A stretch of DNA of 64,000 bases from the human T2T-CHM13v2.0 reference genome, Homo sapiens. The stretch lies in the NCBI RefSeq assembly GCF_009914755.1, contig NC_060932.1. One strand, given 5' to 3'. Positions 1-14,261 of the stretch are shown here, in pieces. How positions within the stretch are numbered: the first letter of the stretch is position 1; the number at the start of each line of letters is the position of its first letter. The notes beneath the pieces were generated by a model. That model ran no database searches. It had not been told where the DNA came from and saw nothing but the letters and a program-made list of their open reading frames with translations. Made by a program: the position numbers and the translations under genes.

Positions 1-250
<250 letters not shown>

Positions 251-1189
251 TCAAGAGACTTTCCCTTTTCTAGTTGGTAGGGAATCAAACCACCCCCTTC
301 TTTTCAACCAAAAGCCTTTATTTTCTCAATTTGGAGTTGGTCGTTTTAGTAATCACAGCAATCATTCTTTTTTATTTACCATATGCACTTGGGAAGATTT
401 TTATTTTACTGTTTCTCTTTCCGGTTTATAATGTTCTCTTTTTTGTATGATAATGTCATAAGCCTAATTTTCCCTTCTGTTAGGTCTTGATTATTCCCCC
501 CGAAGGCTGATATTTAAAATAAAAGCACTTAAAACTTAATGTTAGCCGAACAGTTATGTGGTCACATGCATACAAGGGAAAGTAAGCCTCCAGATACTGT
601 TAATATTCCATGCAAATTAAGTCTAATGCAGCACATCTAGTAAGGAGTTTCCCTTCAGGGCTGATCTAATTATAAAACTGAGCCTAAGTTTTAAAAAGGT
701 AATTGGCAAATAACCAGGAATCAGTTTGTCACTGCTGTTGCAGGACTGACTTCTGAGGATCATTCGTAACTGACAAGGGAAATTACAACCTGAGAATTAT
801 ACTCGTTGTACGAGAATGTTCTCGAAATCAGCCTGACCAGTTTTTTTTTTTTTTTTTTAAACAAACATAGAAGAAGTGAGTGCCCAGCGCTGATATTAGT
901 TGAGGTTAGCCACAGGATGGGTTAAACAGGTCCCTTCAAGGTCAGCTGGAGCAGATCTCAGGTCGAAAGTGCTGGTTAAACCGAAGGAAGCAGCAGTGGG
1001 TCCACTGAGCAGCTCACTGGCTTTTGTCAACTGATATGAGGAAGTTTCGATGAAGGTATAGAAAAACCTTGACAACCAACCTAAACTGTTAGTCTCTTGA
1101 AACCAACGACTGTCTAAAATAAGCTAGGAGACTCATTTCTAGCTTCCCAGGCCCTCCTTTGTATTGAAACTCCCTTCCCTGCCTCCTTA

Positions 1190-1285
1190 GGACAGCCACA
1201 TCCACCTCACCCTTCAGGTCTCAGCTCAAATGTCCGCTCCTGAGAGAGGTTGGGCTTGAGAGGCTGCCCTCCCTGCCTCAACTGT
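1190..1285 (+). mobile_element. L2 fragment
   Basis: CCTTCAGGTCTCAGCTCAAATGTC, an L2 3' motif. Confidence 0.55.
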
Positions 1286-2867
1286 GTCTGCTGCTCCAAA
1301 AAGCAGAGCGGAAAATGGGCAACAGACAAGCCCACCCAGAAGGGAAGAAAAGCACTGCCCCAAGTGGCGATCACACCCATCGGTGCCCACTTGTCTTTGG
1401 GTTCAACCTAACCTTGGACCTCGCCTTCTTTTTCCTGCCCTGTAAGATTACTCTCAGTTAATTGTTCTAGTTATTTCTGGTTCTCAGCAGCATTACAATA
1501 TTTTGCTAAGATAAGGTAAAAGGAACTGGATGAATCAGAAAGGGAACAAGTGAAAAGGCTAACAATAAGGGGCAAAGAAATATTTAAAATGTATTATAAT
1601 TAAATAAAATCGAAATGCACAAAAGACTAACCCAACTGGAATTTAAATAGTTCTATGAGATCTTTGAAAGAAGTGATCATATAAGTGAGAACAGAACGGG
1701 AATAGAATCCTGTTCTATAGTCACTGGGTGGTAACTTCCCTAAGGCTAGAGACAGAGTGTCAATTCATTTGCTCCCCACCAAGAAAGAGCTGAACTAGGC
1801 CTGTGGGAAGGTATTTTGTAAATTCAATAGATGATCATTATTCTTAAAGGCCACATTCTGATGTAAAAGCATACACCGAGACTTACTTTGCACATCAAAG
1901 TTACAACTTCCAAGGTCAGTTAAAACTACCACATACATAATTTGCAAAAGGCTTTTACTACTGTAAATGCCTACTTTCTGTGTTCTTTTTCTGTTTTTTT
2001 ATGGCTCACCAATAAAGAGGTATATCATGATCACCTCTTCTCTAACGACTCCTCCCCTGCCTCTTCAGGACTCTGAAGGGGAAAATTGACAGTAAATATG
2101 AATGTTTCCCTAGCCCCTCTAAAAGTACAAAATTAAAGAGGCCTGTTATCCTGTAATGAAAATGTTCTACTTAAATGAAATCTCATTTTCAAGTGACCCA
2201 ACCACAGAACAATCAACAATAACAGGCTTTATGTCCAAATGGGAGAGGAGAAAGGCACAGCATGCTTGCCCTTGGTTAAGAAGGGTTGTATTTAAACAAT
2301 GAGAGACAAACATGTCTACATCATGGGGTCTGGGGGAAATATGCTAGCTATTGTTGTTTTTGGATTAATGAGAATTTTGCTCCCAATTTTCCACAGAATG
2401 GTTTTTATTTTCTAATATTTTCATTGCACCATTAACCACTGCCAGGAAGAAGCCAAAGAGTTGCTAAAATCTACTGTATCACATGTGAAACAATGTGGAA
2501 ACAGGTCTGTCACAAAACTAGGGTACCCCCATCACTCTTGGTCAGGGCACATAGTTCCATAGCAGGACCAGGGAGGAGATACTCAAAATGGGTAATGAAT
2601 ATTGAAAACTATGTATCATACCAAGTCTTGGGAGTCAGGAAGATGGGGCAGGTAATTTAACATTTGACAAAGCTTCCCTCTCTTCTTCCACCTCAAGGGG
2701 AAGAGAGCTGCTTTTCTTAATCAGGCCATCCACAACGTGCAACTGCTCTGACCCGCTCCATGTCATCATAAACAAATGGCAAAATATTAAGGAGTCTCCT
2801 GAATTTATAACGATATATCCATTTGCATTATCTAAAATGCTCTTTGGAACACTCACTTTTAAGAACA

Positions 2868-3044
2868 GTTTTGTTTTGTTTTGTTTTTGTTTGTTTTTTT
2901 AATGAGACAGTTTCATTCCGTCTCTCAGGCTGGAATGCAGTGGTACAATCACTGTCCATTGCAGCCCAGACCTCCCTGGGCTCAGGTGATTCTCCCACCT
3001 CGGCCTCCCAAGTAGCTGGGACTACAGGCGCACCACCATGCCCA
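2868..3044 (-). mobile_element. AluJ right arm / FRAM-like monomer
   Basis: (TTTTG)n tail, GGCTGGAATGCAGTGG...GTAGCTGGGACTACAGG. Confidence 0.9.
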
Positions 3045-4128
3045 TTCAACCAAGCTCAGTAAACGATCCCACCTGCTGATGAGACCTTTCAATGTTCAAT
3101 GCACCTGGGGGGAAATAACAAAGATATATAAGGTATTTTATTTCCCTCAATGATACTGTAGTGAGCAAATAGCTTATTAACATCTCCCATCTCAACCTCT
3201 AGCACTTGCCAGCCACACATCAGTGTAATATTTGTATATTTTGCTCACTTTATGAAATGTATTTATACATATGTACATTTACATATATTACACATGTATG
3301 GAAAATGACTATGCAACAAATTTAAAGCACATGATCCCACACATGTAAATCTCCCAACTCTCAAATCTCACTGTTTTCTCCTTGATTCCTGAAATTCTCC
3401 AGACTCCTTGGAATTCAGCTGCTAGAGTATTCTTGACTGAACATCAAACTGCTGCTAAAGACATTCTCAATGTAACTTTGAGTCCCAAACACAGCCATAT
3501 TTTCATTTACTTAGGTAAAATGATTACATCTGGAAAATGTACTTGGACTCAAACTCAAAATCAGTTCTCCACTACATAAGAAAATAACAACATTAATTCT
3601 AAGCAGATTCTTCTAACAGGGAAGCACTATATAGCATTTCTCAGTAGTTGATCTGGCACACTTGAATCTAATCTGAATTTCTAACAACTTTGCTTCAGAA
3701 GTTTTTCCATGAAATTTGGTCTTTGCCTGACTCGCATGCTATAAATTCTATTAACCAAACTCTGCAGGCCCTTACACTATTCTTAAACAATTCTACACTT
3801 GAAAAAAGATTATGAAATCTTTAGCAAACACACTCTGTATTTCAGAAAGTAGAATTATGAGCTTAAGACTTAAGTTTTGGTTGTTTTTTTTTTCCTTTCA
3901 GATTATCCAAAAGGCTGGATTCAGTGCCTGAACAATCATTTTCTAAGACAGAGGAATGAAACCATAGAGAAACCCATTAGAGTTCAGACTGATCCTGTGA
4001 GACTCAGGCTGCTTAAACACAAAGCAGGATCATTTTGTAATCCATTTCTATTAGGTCTCTCCTTCCATGGAGTTCTCAAGTCTCCCAGGGATGCGGAATC
4101 TACCTGTATTACCAATAATGGTGACTGG

Positions 4129-4161
<33 letters not shown>

Positions 4162-4836
4162 CAACCCTCTCTCTCCCCTTCACTTCTCCTCCCAACAAGA
4201 CCTTCAAGTGTTCAAGCTTTTCCAGGTACCACAACGCCAGCCTCACCCAATCCCTCTATGCCCACAATCCCTACCCGTCCTGGGGAGTCTGGGCTTTCTC
4301 CAGTGATAACAGATGGAAGTTAGTTGGATAATAAACCAAATCACATCAGATTTACAAGCTGCCTTAATCTAGTTCAGAAGATGCCTCCTAAAAGAGGCTG
4401 CTGCTGAGACTTGGAGCAGCAGGGCGAACCTGGGAGAACTCTCATTTTGGAGCTCTTCAAATGTTTTTATCTGGACAGCTGCAACCATACCAGTCCTACT
4501 GCATGGGAAACTCCATTAAAACAAGATGTCCACAGGAGTGGACACGATCTTTCAAAAAGAAGTACATTGTAAAAAATGTTTCACAACACACACTCAACAT
4601 ACCTTTTTAAATGTATGAAACATATTGAAATACGAGGGTGAAAACAAAGAAAGAAACAAAACCTGTAGGCATTCACTCATATCCTCCCATAAGACTGCCT
4701 TAAATGCATTTACAAAACACACACCTTCCTAGATAATGTACAGAAGAGGCAGAAAGTGACTGAAAGCAAAGTGATGGCTCATAATTACCAGGTGACCCCC
4801 AAATGCCTTCTGGTTGTTGGCCGGGGCTTTGCTACA

Positions 4837-4968
4837 CAGTGTCCTCAGCAATTTTTTTCTGCGAAGGGACAGATACTTAAATATTTTCAGCTTTGTGGGC
4901 TCCATGAGGTTTCTGCCTCATCTTCCTCTTTGGTTTATTTTACAACCCTTTATAGGTGTAAAAACCAT
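4837..4968. mobile_element. MER58-family hAT DNA transposon fragment
   Basis: TTTTTTCTGCGAAGGGACAGATACTTAAATATTTTCAGCTTTGTGGGC...ACAACCCTTTA. Confidence 0.65.
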
Positions 4969-5490
4969 GTAGTCCAATCACCTCTTCCTTGGGAGATATT
5001 TGGGCAACGCCTGATGTCTGTGTCTAACTGGACATCAGTTAGGAAGAGTACTGAAAACTAAGAGGCTTCTGTTTGAAAGGAAAATGGCTTGTTAAATAGG
5101 CACTAAAACAGAGTTCCATTCTGCCTGAATCATTTTGTTAGCTTTACACAATTCCAAGAGAAATCTTAGAGACATCTGTGTTTCCCTTTAGTTTTTATTT
5201 TGTTTGTTTTTGCTGTAGGAAGGGTAGAGATCAGAGAAGACAGAAGAGAATGAATCTTGCAAAATGACTCTGACTCATATAAAGTAAAACGGTTACAATG
5301 ACTAAGTTCTAGAAAATAATTGTAAGGAGGAAGAATACAACTTCAAGAAATAAAACATAAAGCTACAATAACAGAGTATCATTCTAGGGTAAATATGAAA
5401 CAGATCAACAAAACTAAATAGCACAGAAACAGACCCTAAGCTATAAAAGACATTAATACATGATGAAGTGATGACAAAAGGCTATGGGGA

Positions 5491-5806
5491 AGCTGAGAGT
5501 AGTGGCTCATGCCTGTAATCCCAGGACTTTGGGAGGCCAAGGAGGGTGGATCACTTGAGCTCAGGAGTTTGAGACCAGCCTGGGCAAAAAGGTGAAATGC
5601 CTTCTCTACAAAAACAAAACAAAACAAAACAAAACTAGCTGGGCATGGTGGCACACACACACCTGTAGTCCCAGCTACTCGGGAGGCTGAGGTGAGAGGA
5701 TCGTTTGGGCCCAGGAGATTGAGGGTGCAATGAGCTGCTGTGCTTTCACCACTGCACTCCGGCCTGGGTGACAAAGTGAGACCCTGTCACAAAAAAAAAA
5801 AAAAAA
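5491..5806 (+). mobile_element. AluJ
   Basis: Full dimer with poly-A tail. Confidence 0.95.
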
Positions 5807-6357
5807 TGGCTGTGGTGGGGACACAAAGGCTTATTCAACAACAACAAAAAAATTGCTGGGTCAGTCAAAAGATTATCTATAGAAGAAAAATCAAGTCAGA
5901 TTTTTCTCCATTTCAAAATATAATTCAAAATAAATTTCATGTAAATAATACAGTTAAAGTTTTTAAATCCCATTACAGGAGCTGGAAGAAAATACAGTTA
6001 AATTGTGACCAACCTTCTGGATGGGAGATTTTCTAAAATGATGGCAGGAATCACACACATAAAATATACACGACTACTTAAAAATTAAAATTAATAAATT
6101 GAATTAGTAAATTTACCTTTATATAGTAAGTTATATGTTATATAGTATATTATGAACTATTAATACAGTAAATTAAAATACTGAATAAAAATCAGCAAAT
6201 TAAACATTAAAAAATAATTTTAAAAAGTCAATAATAACCAACTAGGACAATGCTTTCAGCTAATATAATAAAGTGTCAATATTCCTAATCTATAAAGATG
6301 TTTTACAAGCTGTAAGAAACATACTAGACTTCAATAGATTAAAAAGTAGGGAGCTTT

Positions 6358-6687
<330 letters not shown>

Positions 6688-7408
6688 TTAATACACAGAT
6701 TTTCTGAAGTTTAATAAATTCACTGATAAAGAACTGAGACTTGAGAAAACATTAGTTTTTGCTGATCAAATTAACCAGGATAGCACACAATGCCTGTTGG
6801 AGAATATTGAGTCCAGGCTTCCATCTGCTGCTGGCTGCAGTGGAAATTGGCTCAGTCACTCGGGTAAACAATTTAGCAGTAATTTGGCAAGTATGAAGTA
6901 TATTTAAGGTGGTCTTACTTTTTGACCTAGTAATTTTACTTTGAGGAATCAATCTAAATCAAACAGTCATAAATGTGGACAAAGATGTCTATGCAGTCAT
7001 GTGTACATAGGAGCATTGTTCATAAAATTGTAATTTACATGCCTAACATTGGAGAATGCTAAGTTATGGCATATAGATTTTATAAAATATTGTCTAACAT
7101 TAAAATTATGTTTATGAGTTTTTAATAGAAAATTTGTGATATATGTTAATGTGTTGGAGTCTCAAGTTTGCCAATATGTGTGCACACAGTGCACACACAC
7201 GGATTAAAGGCAAATATACCAAAATAATTAATAGTGATCATCATTGTAACGTTACTAGTAGGTAAAATTATAGGTAACTTATTTTATTCTTCATATATTT
7301 CTGGATTTTCTACATTTTCCATAATTAGTATATTTCTTTTTTGTTTTCACAAATATTAATTTCTTAATCAGAAAAAAATACACCTGAAAAACAGTTCTTA
7401 ACCTCTCA

Positions 7409-7780
<372 letters not shown>

Positions 7781-8424
7781 CTAAACCAGAATTACAGAAC
7801 TAAAAATGACCTCAGGTACCTAACCTAAGATCTTGTACTGCAGATACAAAAAAATCATTCTAAATATTTTATGAAACTGAGGCATATCCTATATCCATAA
7901 AAGTCTTATCCCAACATGCCATCAGCCAGGTATTAATAATATTCCTGTGTAAATAGCAGGAGCCTCTGTCTGGCCAAGAAACAAATTTAAGAGTAAAAAT
8001 CCAGTTTTGATAAAAATGAAAGGATCTATGTAAAAGTCTTTTAATCATCAAAGTTCAATTCATTAAAAATAAAATCATCAATAACCTTGATTTTGATATG
8101 ATTAGACTGTCAGAGCAAAACATTATAATTAATTTAGGCCTGCTCTCACCAAGGCAGGAGGCCGGGCAACAGGATTCACCAGTTATTTGATTCTAATACA
8201 ATGAACAAAGGGAACAATGTGCTGGATTATTAATAAGTCAAACAGGGAAAAATGAGTAACTTTAGGCAGCATGATGCAACGGTATTAACATACAACAGTG
8301 GGACATAGCCAAGACATCCTCTAATGAAGACATGGAGAATACTGTCCAACTGAAGATAACAAAAGCTATAAAACAACACTCAAGCACCAAATTCCCTTTG
8401 TCAGAGAACAAGCTGCTGTGGTGG

Positions 8425-8600
8425 AAATTGTCTAGATTTTGAAGTCACACAGACAGGAGGTAGAATCCCAGTGCAGCCACTTACAAGCTGTGTGCTCCTT
8501 GGCAAGGTTCTTAACCTCCCAGAGCATCCATTTCCGCAGCTGTCAAACACAGATAACAAGGAACCTCGAAGGGTGGGCGTAAGGTTGAGATCGTGGGTAC
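8425..8600 (+). mobile_element. MIR
   Basis: GAATCCCAGTGCAGCCACTTACAAGCTGTGTGCTCCTTGGCAAGGTTCTTAACCTC core. Confidence 0.8.
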
Positions 8601-9596
8601 TAAATTCCTGGTTCAAAGCGCAGCTTGCCTACCAACGAATGGAAGCTGTAAGTCCATTATGAAAGACTGGACTCCTGGGTCACTGATGCTGTGGGCACTG
8701 CCTGACTTGCAAGCACAGGGGGAAAGCTGTGATTGATGTTGGCAGAAGTGGCTGGAACAGGTAGCAAGTGAATGATATGGCAGCAGCCTGGATGATCAAA
8801 TGTAGCCCTGGCCCTGACATTACCCACTGGTTCCCCCAGGGCAGTGCTGGCCTGGGCTCTCTCTGTCCACCCCACACCAACTCCAAACTCCACACAGCCT
8901 AGAAAAAAATGAGGATAAAAGGAATGGGTAAACGGTAAAAAGAATCCCACCAGAGAGCTAACAATACGCCCTCCAAAGAGAGGGAAAAGCATGTTATAGA
9001 AAATACAATAAGCCTTTTAATTAAAAGAAAAATAACAAGAAATGAGTGAGAAATCAACACATCTAGAATAAGCCTATTGAACGACACTTTAAAAGAGATG
9101 TTGAACACAAAGAGTGAAGAAGATTGGCAGTGATGGGAAGAATTAATGAAGACAAAAATCGATATTACTCAGTAGACTGACAAGAGAAAAATACTAGAAA
9201 TACAAGATAAGTGTGTGTAAAATAAGAACACTGCCTGGCATGTATCTGGATCGTAAGAGAATTAGACAATGACCTTGCCGAGAGAGAAAGAGACAAAGCT
9301 CCAGCCATCCCCAGAGGCTGAAGAAAGATCCTGTGTGATTTTGCTGATCACTGAAAAGTTAAAGGGCAATTCTGACAACTTGTCAATAAATTAAGCCTGG
9401 ATTTTCAGAGAAGTAACAAAGATAATTTGAAGAGATACTGAAAATCATTTGCAACATGAAAACGGATCATAATTACATTAAGGGTAGTGGAACTAGGAGT
9501 AATAATGAGTCCTTTTTAGAAGAAACAATAGTGTCCAACGGATGTGACAGCCCCTTATATTGGTATAGGCACTTTTATTTTTAGCTGACAGAATAC

Positions 9597-9812
9597 CATA
9601 GTGGATAAGGAAACGCCACCTTTAGTACAAGAAAGCCCCGTCTATGAATCTCAGTGTTGCCCCCTTACTTGTTGGCACATGTTATTAATACTTAAAACTC
9701 TCAGACTCAATTTATCTATAAAAGGGGTCTATAAATATCCATCTCCTATTACAGTTAACAATTGACAAAAAGACCTAGCCGATAGTAAGAGCTCCATAAA
9801 TGGTACCTACTG
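9597..9812 (+). mobile_element. MIR (degraded)
   Basis: TGAATCTCAG...CTTACTTG...ATCTATAAAAGGGG...AGAGCTCCATAAATG. Confidence 0.55.
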
Positions 9813-10272
9813 TGAAGCTTACCACCATCTATTGCGTTGACCTGCATTCTAAAGAGGGGGATAAGAGACACACCTCCTCAGTGTCCAGATCTTGCCAAGT
9901 TGCTAAGGAGAAATAACAACAATCCTGAATAAATAGTTTTGGTGCTCAGCTCTACACCAAGAATACATGCATGACCTCCTTTGGCCTGTAAAACATGGTG
10001 AAAGCTACACGGCTGAGTGGCTCAGCTTACCACCGAGCACCTGTAAGCCTAGTGGTCCCCTAAATAAGAAGCCCGCTTAAGTGCAGCATCACAGGCCACC
10101 CTGAAGGTCAGCTTCTGAAGGACTGAAGCAGCTAGGGCCTTCCTATCAGGCTGGGAGAGGTTAGCTGACAACTCACAGCTTCTCACCCTGACCAGGTGCC
10201 ATGTCCATTACACCTGCTATCCAACAAGTATTTCCTGATTTTATACCCCAGTGACTAAAAATGGCTACACGA

Positions 10273-10448
10273 GGCTACACACAATGGCTCATCCCTGTAT
10301 TCCCAACACTGTGAGAGGTCAAAGCAAGAAGATCACTTGAGGTCAGGAGTTCAAGGATGTATTGAGTTGGAATCATGCCACTGCACTCCACCCTGGGCGA
10401 CAGAGCAAGATCCTCTCTCAAAAAATATTTAAGCAAATAAAAAATAAA
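10273..10448 (+). mobile_element. Alu monomer (FAM/FRAM-like)
   Basis: Single arm GGCTCATCCCTGTATTCCCAACAC...GCCACTGCACTCCACCCTGGGCGACAGAG with A tail. Confidence 0.85.
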
Positions 10449-11319
10449 AGTGGCCATGTGTTTATCTGTATCTTGGCATGTTATTTTTGCTCCTCCTCTT
10501 TCAATTCCTCAGCTCATCTGAATACTCTAAGAGAGCCCAGTGATCACCTGCCAAATGGATTACAAATGTGCATCTCAGTGCTAATCCTAATTCTTACCAC
10601 AGATCGGAGTTTTCTTTCAACAGAGCGGTGTATTAGGAACTCTGTAAAATTCAATGGCTGCATAATTTACAAAATGTAACACAGATAAAGAAATTGCAAA
10701 TATCTTCAATTACCCCAACATTACCAAGTGCAAGTCATACGATACAGGATATTAGATGCTGATACAAGCTTTGGGACTGGTTTACTTAGGATATTATATT
10801 ATCATTTGAAAGTATTTGGAATAAACTTTCACCTACATCCAAAACAAAAGCTATATGGGCAGTTTGGCTGGCAGCAATAATTTGCATAATGAGACATTTG
10901 AATAAAAGAAAGGCACTCTGTGTTGTGCCAATCTCAGACCCTGGGCACAAGAGACAGTACTGCTAAGCCAAGGCACTTCAAGGAGCATCTGAAAGGCCAA
11001 GTTCTGCTGCAAGTGGAAAGTAAATACATTGTTGCTCAGGGTTTCTATTCAAGCTCTTTGTTTTGTTTCAATATCTCAAGAATACTTTGGGAGTTAGTGA
11101 ATATAATGACAATGTGTTACATATTATACAGTTCCTCTAAAAACAGCTCACTAGACCACTTACTTGCTCCTTCCAACACTTAAGAATAAAGCATTAAGTG
11201 TTATCTCCCTACCACTCAATCTGTTCCAAAGAATCTAGCAACATTAATCAAATTTCCAAGTATGGATGGGTATTTTTACTATTGCTGAACAAAACTGCAT
11301 TTTAAACATTAATGTTAGA

Positions 11320-12000
11320 GGCAAACTGTCAAAAACAGGCACTCTCATTCTCTGCTGGAAGGAGTGTATCATTCTGTGAAGAGCAATTCATCAATATATA
11401 AAATTAGAGCCTACACTTTGACCATTTCTACATTCAATTTCTAGAAAGTTCCTTTACAGATACATCTCCACATGTACACATCGATTTCACCAAGGCTTTT
11501 TATGAAATCCTAAGAATGGAAACAACCTGGCTCGACACTGTGGCTGATACCTGTCATCCCAGCATTCTGGGAGGCCAAGGCAGGAGGATCACCTGAGCCC
11601 AGGAGTTCCAGACTAGCCTGGGCCACATGGTGAAACCCCGTCTCTACAAAAAGTACTAAAATTAGCTGGGCATGGTGGTACCTGTAGTCCCAGGTACTCA
11701 GAAGGCTGAGGTGGGAGGATCACCTGAGCCTGGAGCAACTGAGGGTATAGTGAGCCATGGTGGCGCCAACTGCACTCCAGCCTGCGTGACAGAGTGGGAC
11801 CCTGTCTCAAAGAAACAAACAAAAAGAATGTGAACACCTTAATGTCCATTAACAGAGAAGTGGATAAATTATATCCATGAAACGGAATACAGTAGAGACT
11901 TTAGAACAAATGCAGTAGCTCTATACCTAATAAATCAGACTCTACAGTGTTGAAGATCTCATATGGGTAGGTGTAAAAAAGCAAAGTATTTAAATATATA
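11320..12000 (+). mobile_element. L1M 3' fragment interrupted by an Alu
   Basis: AAACAGGCACTCTCATTCTCTGCTGG...AATGTCCATTAACAGAGAAGTGGATAAAT. Confidence 0.65.
11529..11825 (+). mobile_element. AluJ
   Basis: Full dimer; TSD AAGAATGGAAACAACCT / AAGAATGTGAACACCT. Confidence 0.95.
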
Positions 12001-12059
12001 ATAGTACTCTACTGTGTATGTCCATACAGTAAAGTGAAGACAGACTCACATATAACATT

Positions 12060-12235
12060 AATAGTTGATATTTGCCTACTGTATTCTGTGTGCCAATAAT
12101 TGTTAGCAATGTACATGAATTATCTCAATTATTTCGTTTGTTCCTCTCAGTGATTCTAATATTCCCATTTTGCAGATGAGAAAAATGGAGGCACAAGGAG
12201 GTTTAGTCACTTGCCCAGGATCACAAAGTTGGTGG
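12060..12235 (-). mobile_element. MIR
   Basis: CCCATTTTGCAGATGAGAAAAATGGAGGCACAAGGAGGTTTAGTCACTTGCCCAGG. Confidence 0.8.
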
Positions 12236-12819
12236 CCATCTTCTTAGGTATGACTACAAAGAACCTCCTAGTGTAGATATTAGCTATGAAAGTACCCACA
12301 GAAAGCTTCTAAGAGTAGTCACTCTAAGGAAGGGACTGCTTGGCTAAAAGATGGAAACCAGAAGATTTATTCTCCCTGAATCTTTGGTATTCTATACATG
12401 AGCGTGATCTGTGCAAAAAATAATAAATCCAGTGTTTTTTTACTCTGCCTTCTGGAATTAATTAGGAAGAAGGACAACATGAATGCTGCTGTATATCATG
12501 TATTTTTAAAGAAATGTTGTCTTAGTCCTATGTGTTTACTTGTGTAATTAATCCCTTAGTTTTTCCAAGTACTCAAAAAGATGGAAAAGACAACTTAATT
12601 CTATACAGAATTCACAGTTACGAATACATGCAATTTCCAAAATAATCAAAGGGGAATGATAAAATATCCATACACCCCAAAACCCACTATCAAGCCTACT
12701 GCCATGGGTGAGGGTTGAGGTTGTTCGTTTACTACAGATTAGCCAAGACTCTTGTTAAAAATAGTAGAAATTTTAGGCTTTATTTCTAATTAAAGGAAGA
12801 AATTAAATGCATTCCAAGT

Positions 12820-12822
<3 letters not shown>

Positions 12823-12857
<35 letters not shown>
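12823..12857 (+). repeat. A35 mononucleotide run
   Basis: Counted directly; not attached to a recognisable retroelement body. Confidence 0.9.
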
Positions 12858-12859
<2 letters not shown>

Positions 12860-13051
12860 ACGGCGGGAGGCATTATGTATCTCTTAATTGTAAGCTCTAA
12901 TAACAGAAAACCAGTAAAATTTTTCTGGTAGGGAATACATTCACCATAACATATGAAACCACATCTTCATAATACATAAAACATAAAAGGTCTGTGAGGT
13001 AGGGCCCTATTTCAGTATGTTTTTCTGAAATGCAGGGTCAGCAGGCCAAAA

Positions 13052-13195
13052 CAGTACTTCCCAAACTTTCATGTGTATGATGAGCATCACCAACAATCTT
13101 GTTAAAACGATTCAGTTGCTCTGGGGTGAGACTCAGATTATGCATTTCTAATAAGGATACTCCTGTTGGATAGATGACATTTTGAGTAGCAAGGC
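13052..13195. mobile_element. MER5-family DNA transposon
   Basis: CAGTACTTCCCAAACTTT...TGCATTTCTAATAAG...TTTGAGTAGCAAGG. Confidence 0.65.
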
Positions 13196-14261
13196 ACCAG
13201 GCAATACATAAAACTAAATAAAAGTATAATCTGATCAATGAGGTTGTAGAATCAAATTGAAACTATTAAAATCTTAGCCCCTTCAGAAGTATTTGAAAGC
13301 TAGACAAAGAAATAGATTTAGATTTTTTCTCTTGAAAACTGTGAGCAGTGTGAAATAAAGAGATGTAAATACTACGCTCTCAAATTTGGTCAACAATTCA
13401 AAGTCGATTTCAAAAGATCCAGGAAGGGTTCTAGTTTCAAGAATGAGAGAACACCTAGTAATTAGTACATTATTTTATGCATAAGTGAGCAATAGTGAAG
13501 CTCTTAATTTTTTTCAGCTAAATCAAATGCAATCCAATGGGCACCAACAATATGCTCAGCAATGGTCGAACAGAAGATGCTGATGACGGGGTCAATGTGG
13601 TCCTGGTTCCCAAGACCATCAGGTGTGGAGACAGCATGCCAGAGCCCAGCACAGTGGGGACGCTCCCAGGAGACCAGCCATAGCAGACAGTGTGTGTGAG
13701 ACTGAAACAACACGCTTAAGCACTGAGGAAATGCAAAGCAAGGAAACAAAACCGGTTCATTTCTTTTGTTTGGAATGAGGAATACATGAGGGTTTTGGTA
13801 ATGATTTTGGCCAGGAAGTGAGTCTTGGCTTCTTAGAAAAGTGACTAAAAACTAAAGTGGCCTAAACCTGCACTTCCAGGACTCAGGTGAAGAGTCACGA
13901 GTTGCTCCCGTGTCCTTAGCAATTTTAACTGTTCAAAGTGCTGGAAAGAGGCATCACCAGATAATTCTAAGAGTTTACAGCATCAGGAGAACACCAAGGG
14001 ACAAAGAAAAGGTGGGCTCAGAGATTAGCATGGAGGTGCAGTCTTCAGAAGTGAACATTTCCTCTGGGCCTTGATGTGATCAACTGTATAGGGGTCAGAA
14101 AGCTTTTCTGAAAAGGGTCAGATGGTGGGCAGTTCAGGTTTTGCCATTGTAGTACAGAACTAGCCATAGATCATGTTCCAATAAAACTTTACAAAATTCT
14201 GGATTTTGTCAATGCCACTGCATGGCAAAATGAGGGTAATAATACCTTTCCTGTTTTTTTT

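Noticed and set aside
3877-4323. 148-aa ORF
   Set aside because: Non-ATG start, runs through a poly-T tract, no recognisable homology
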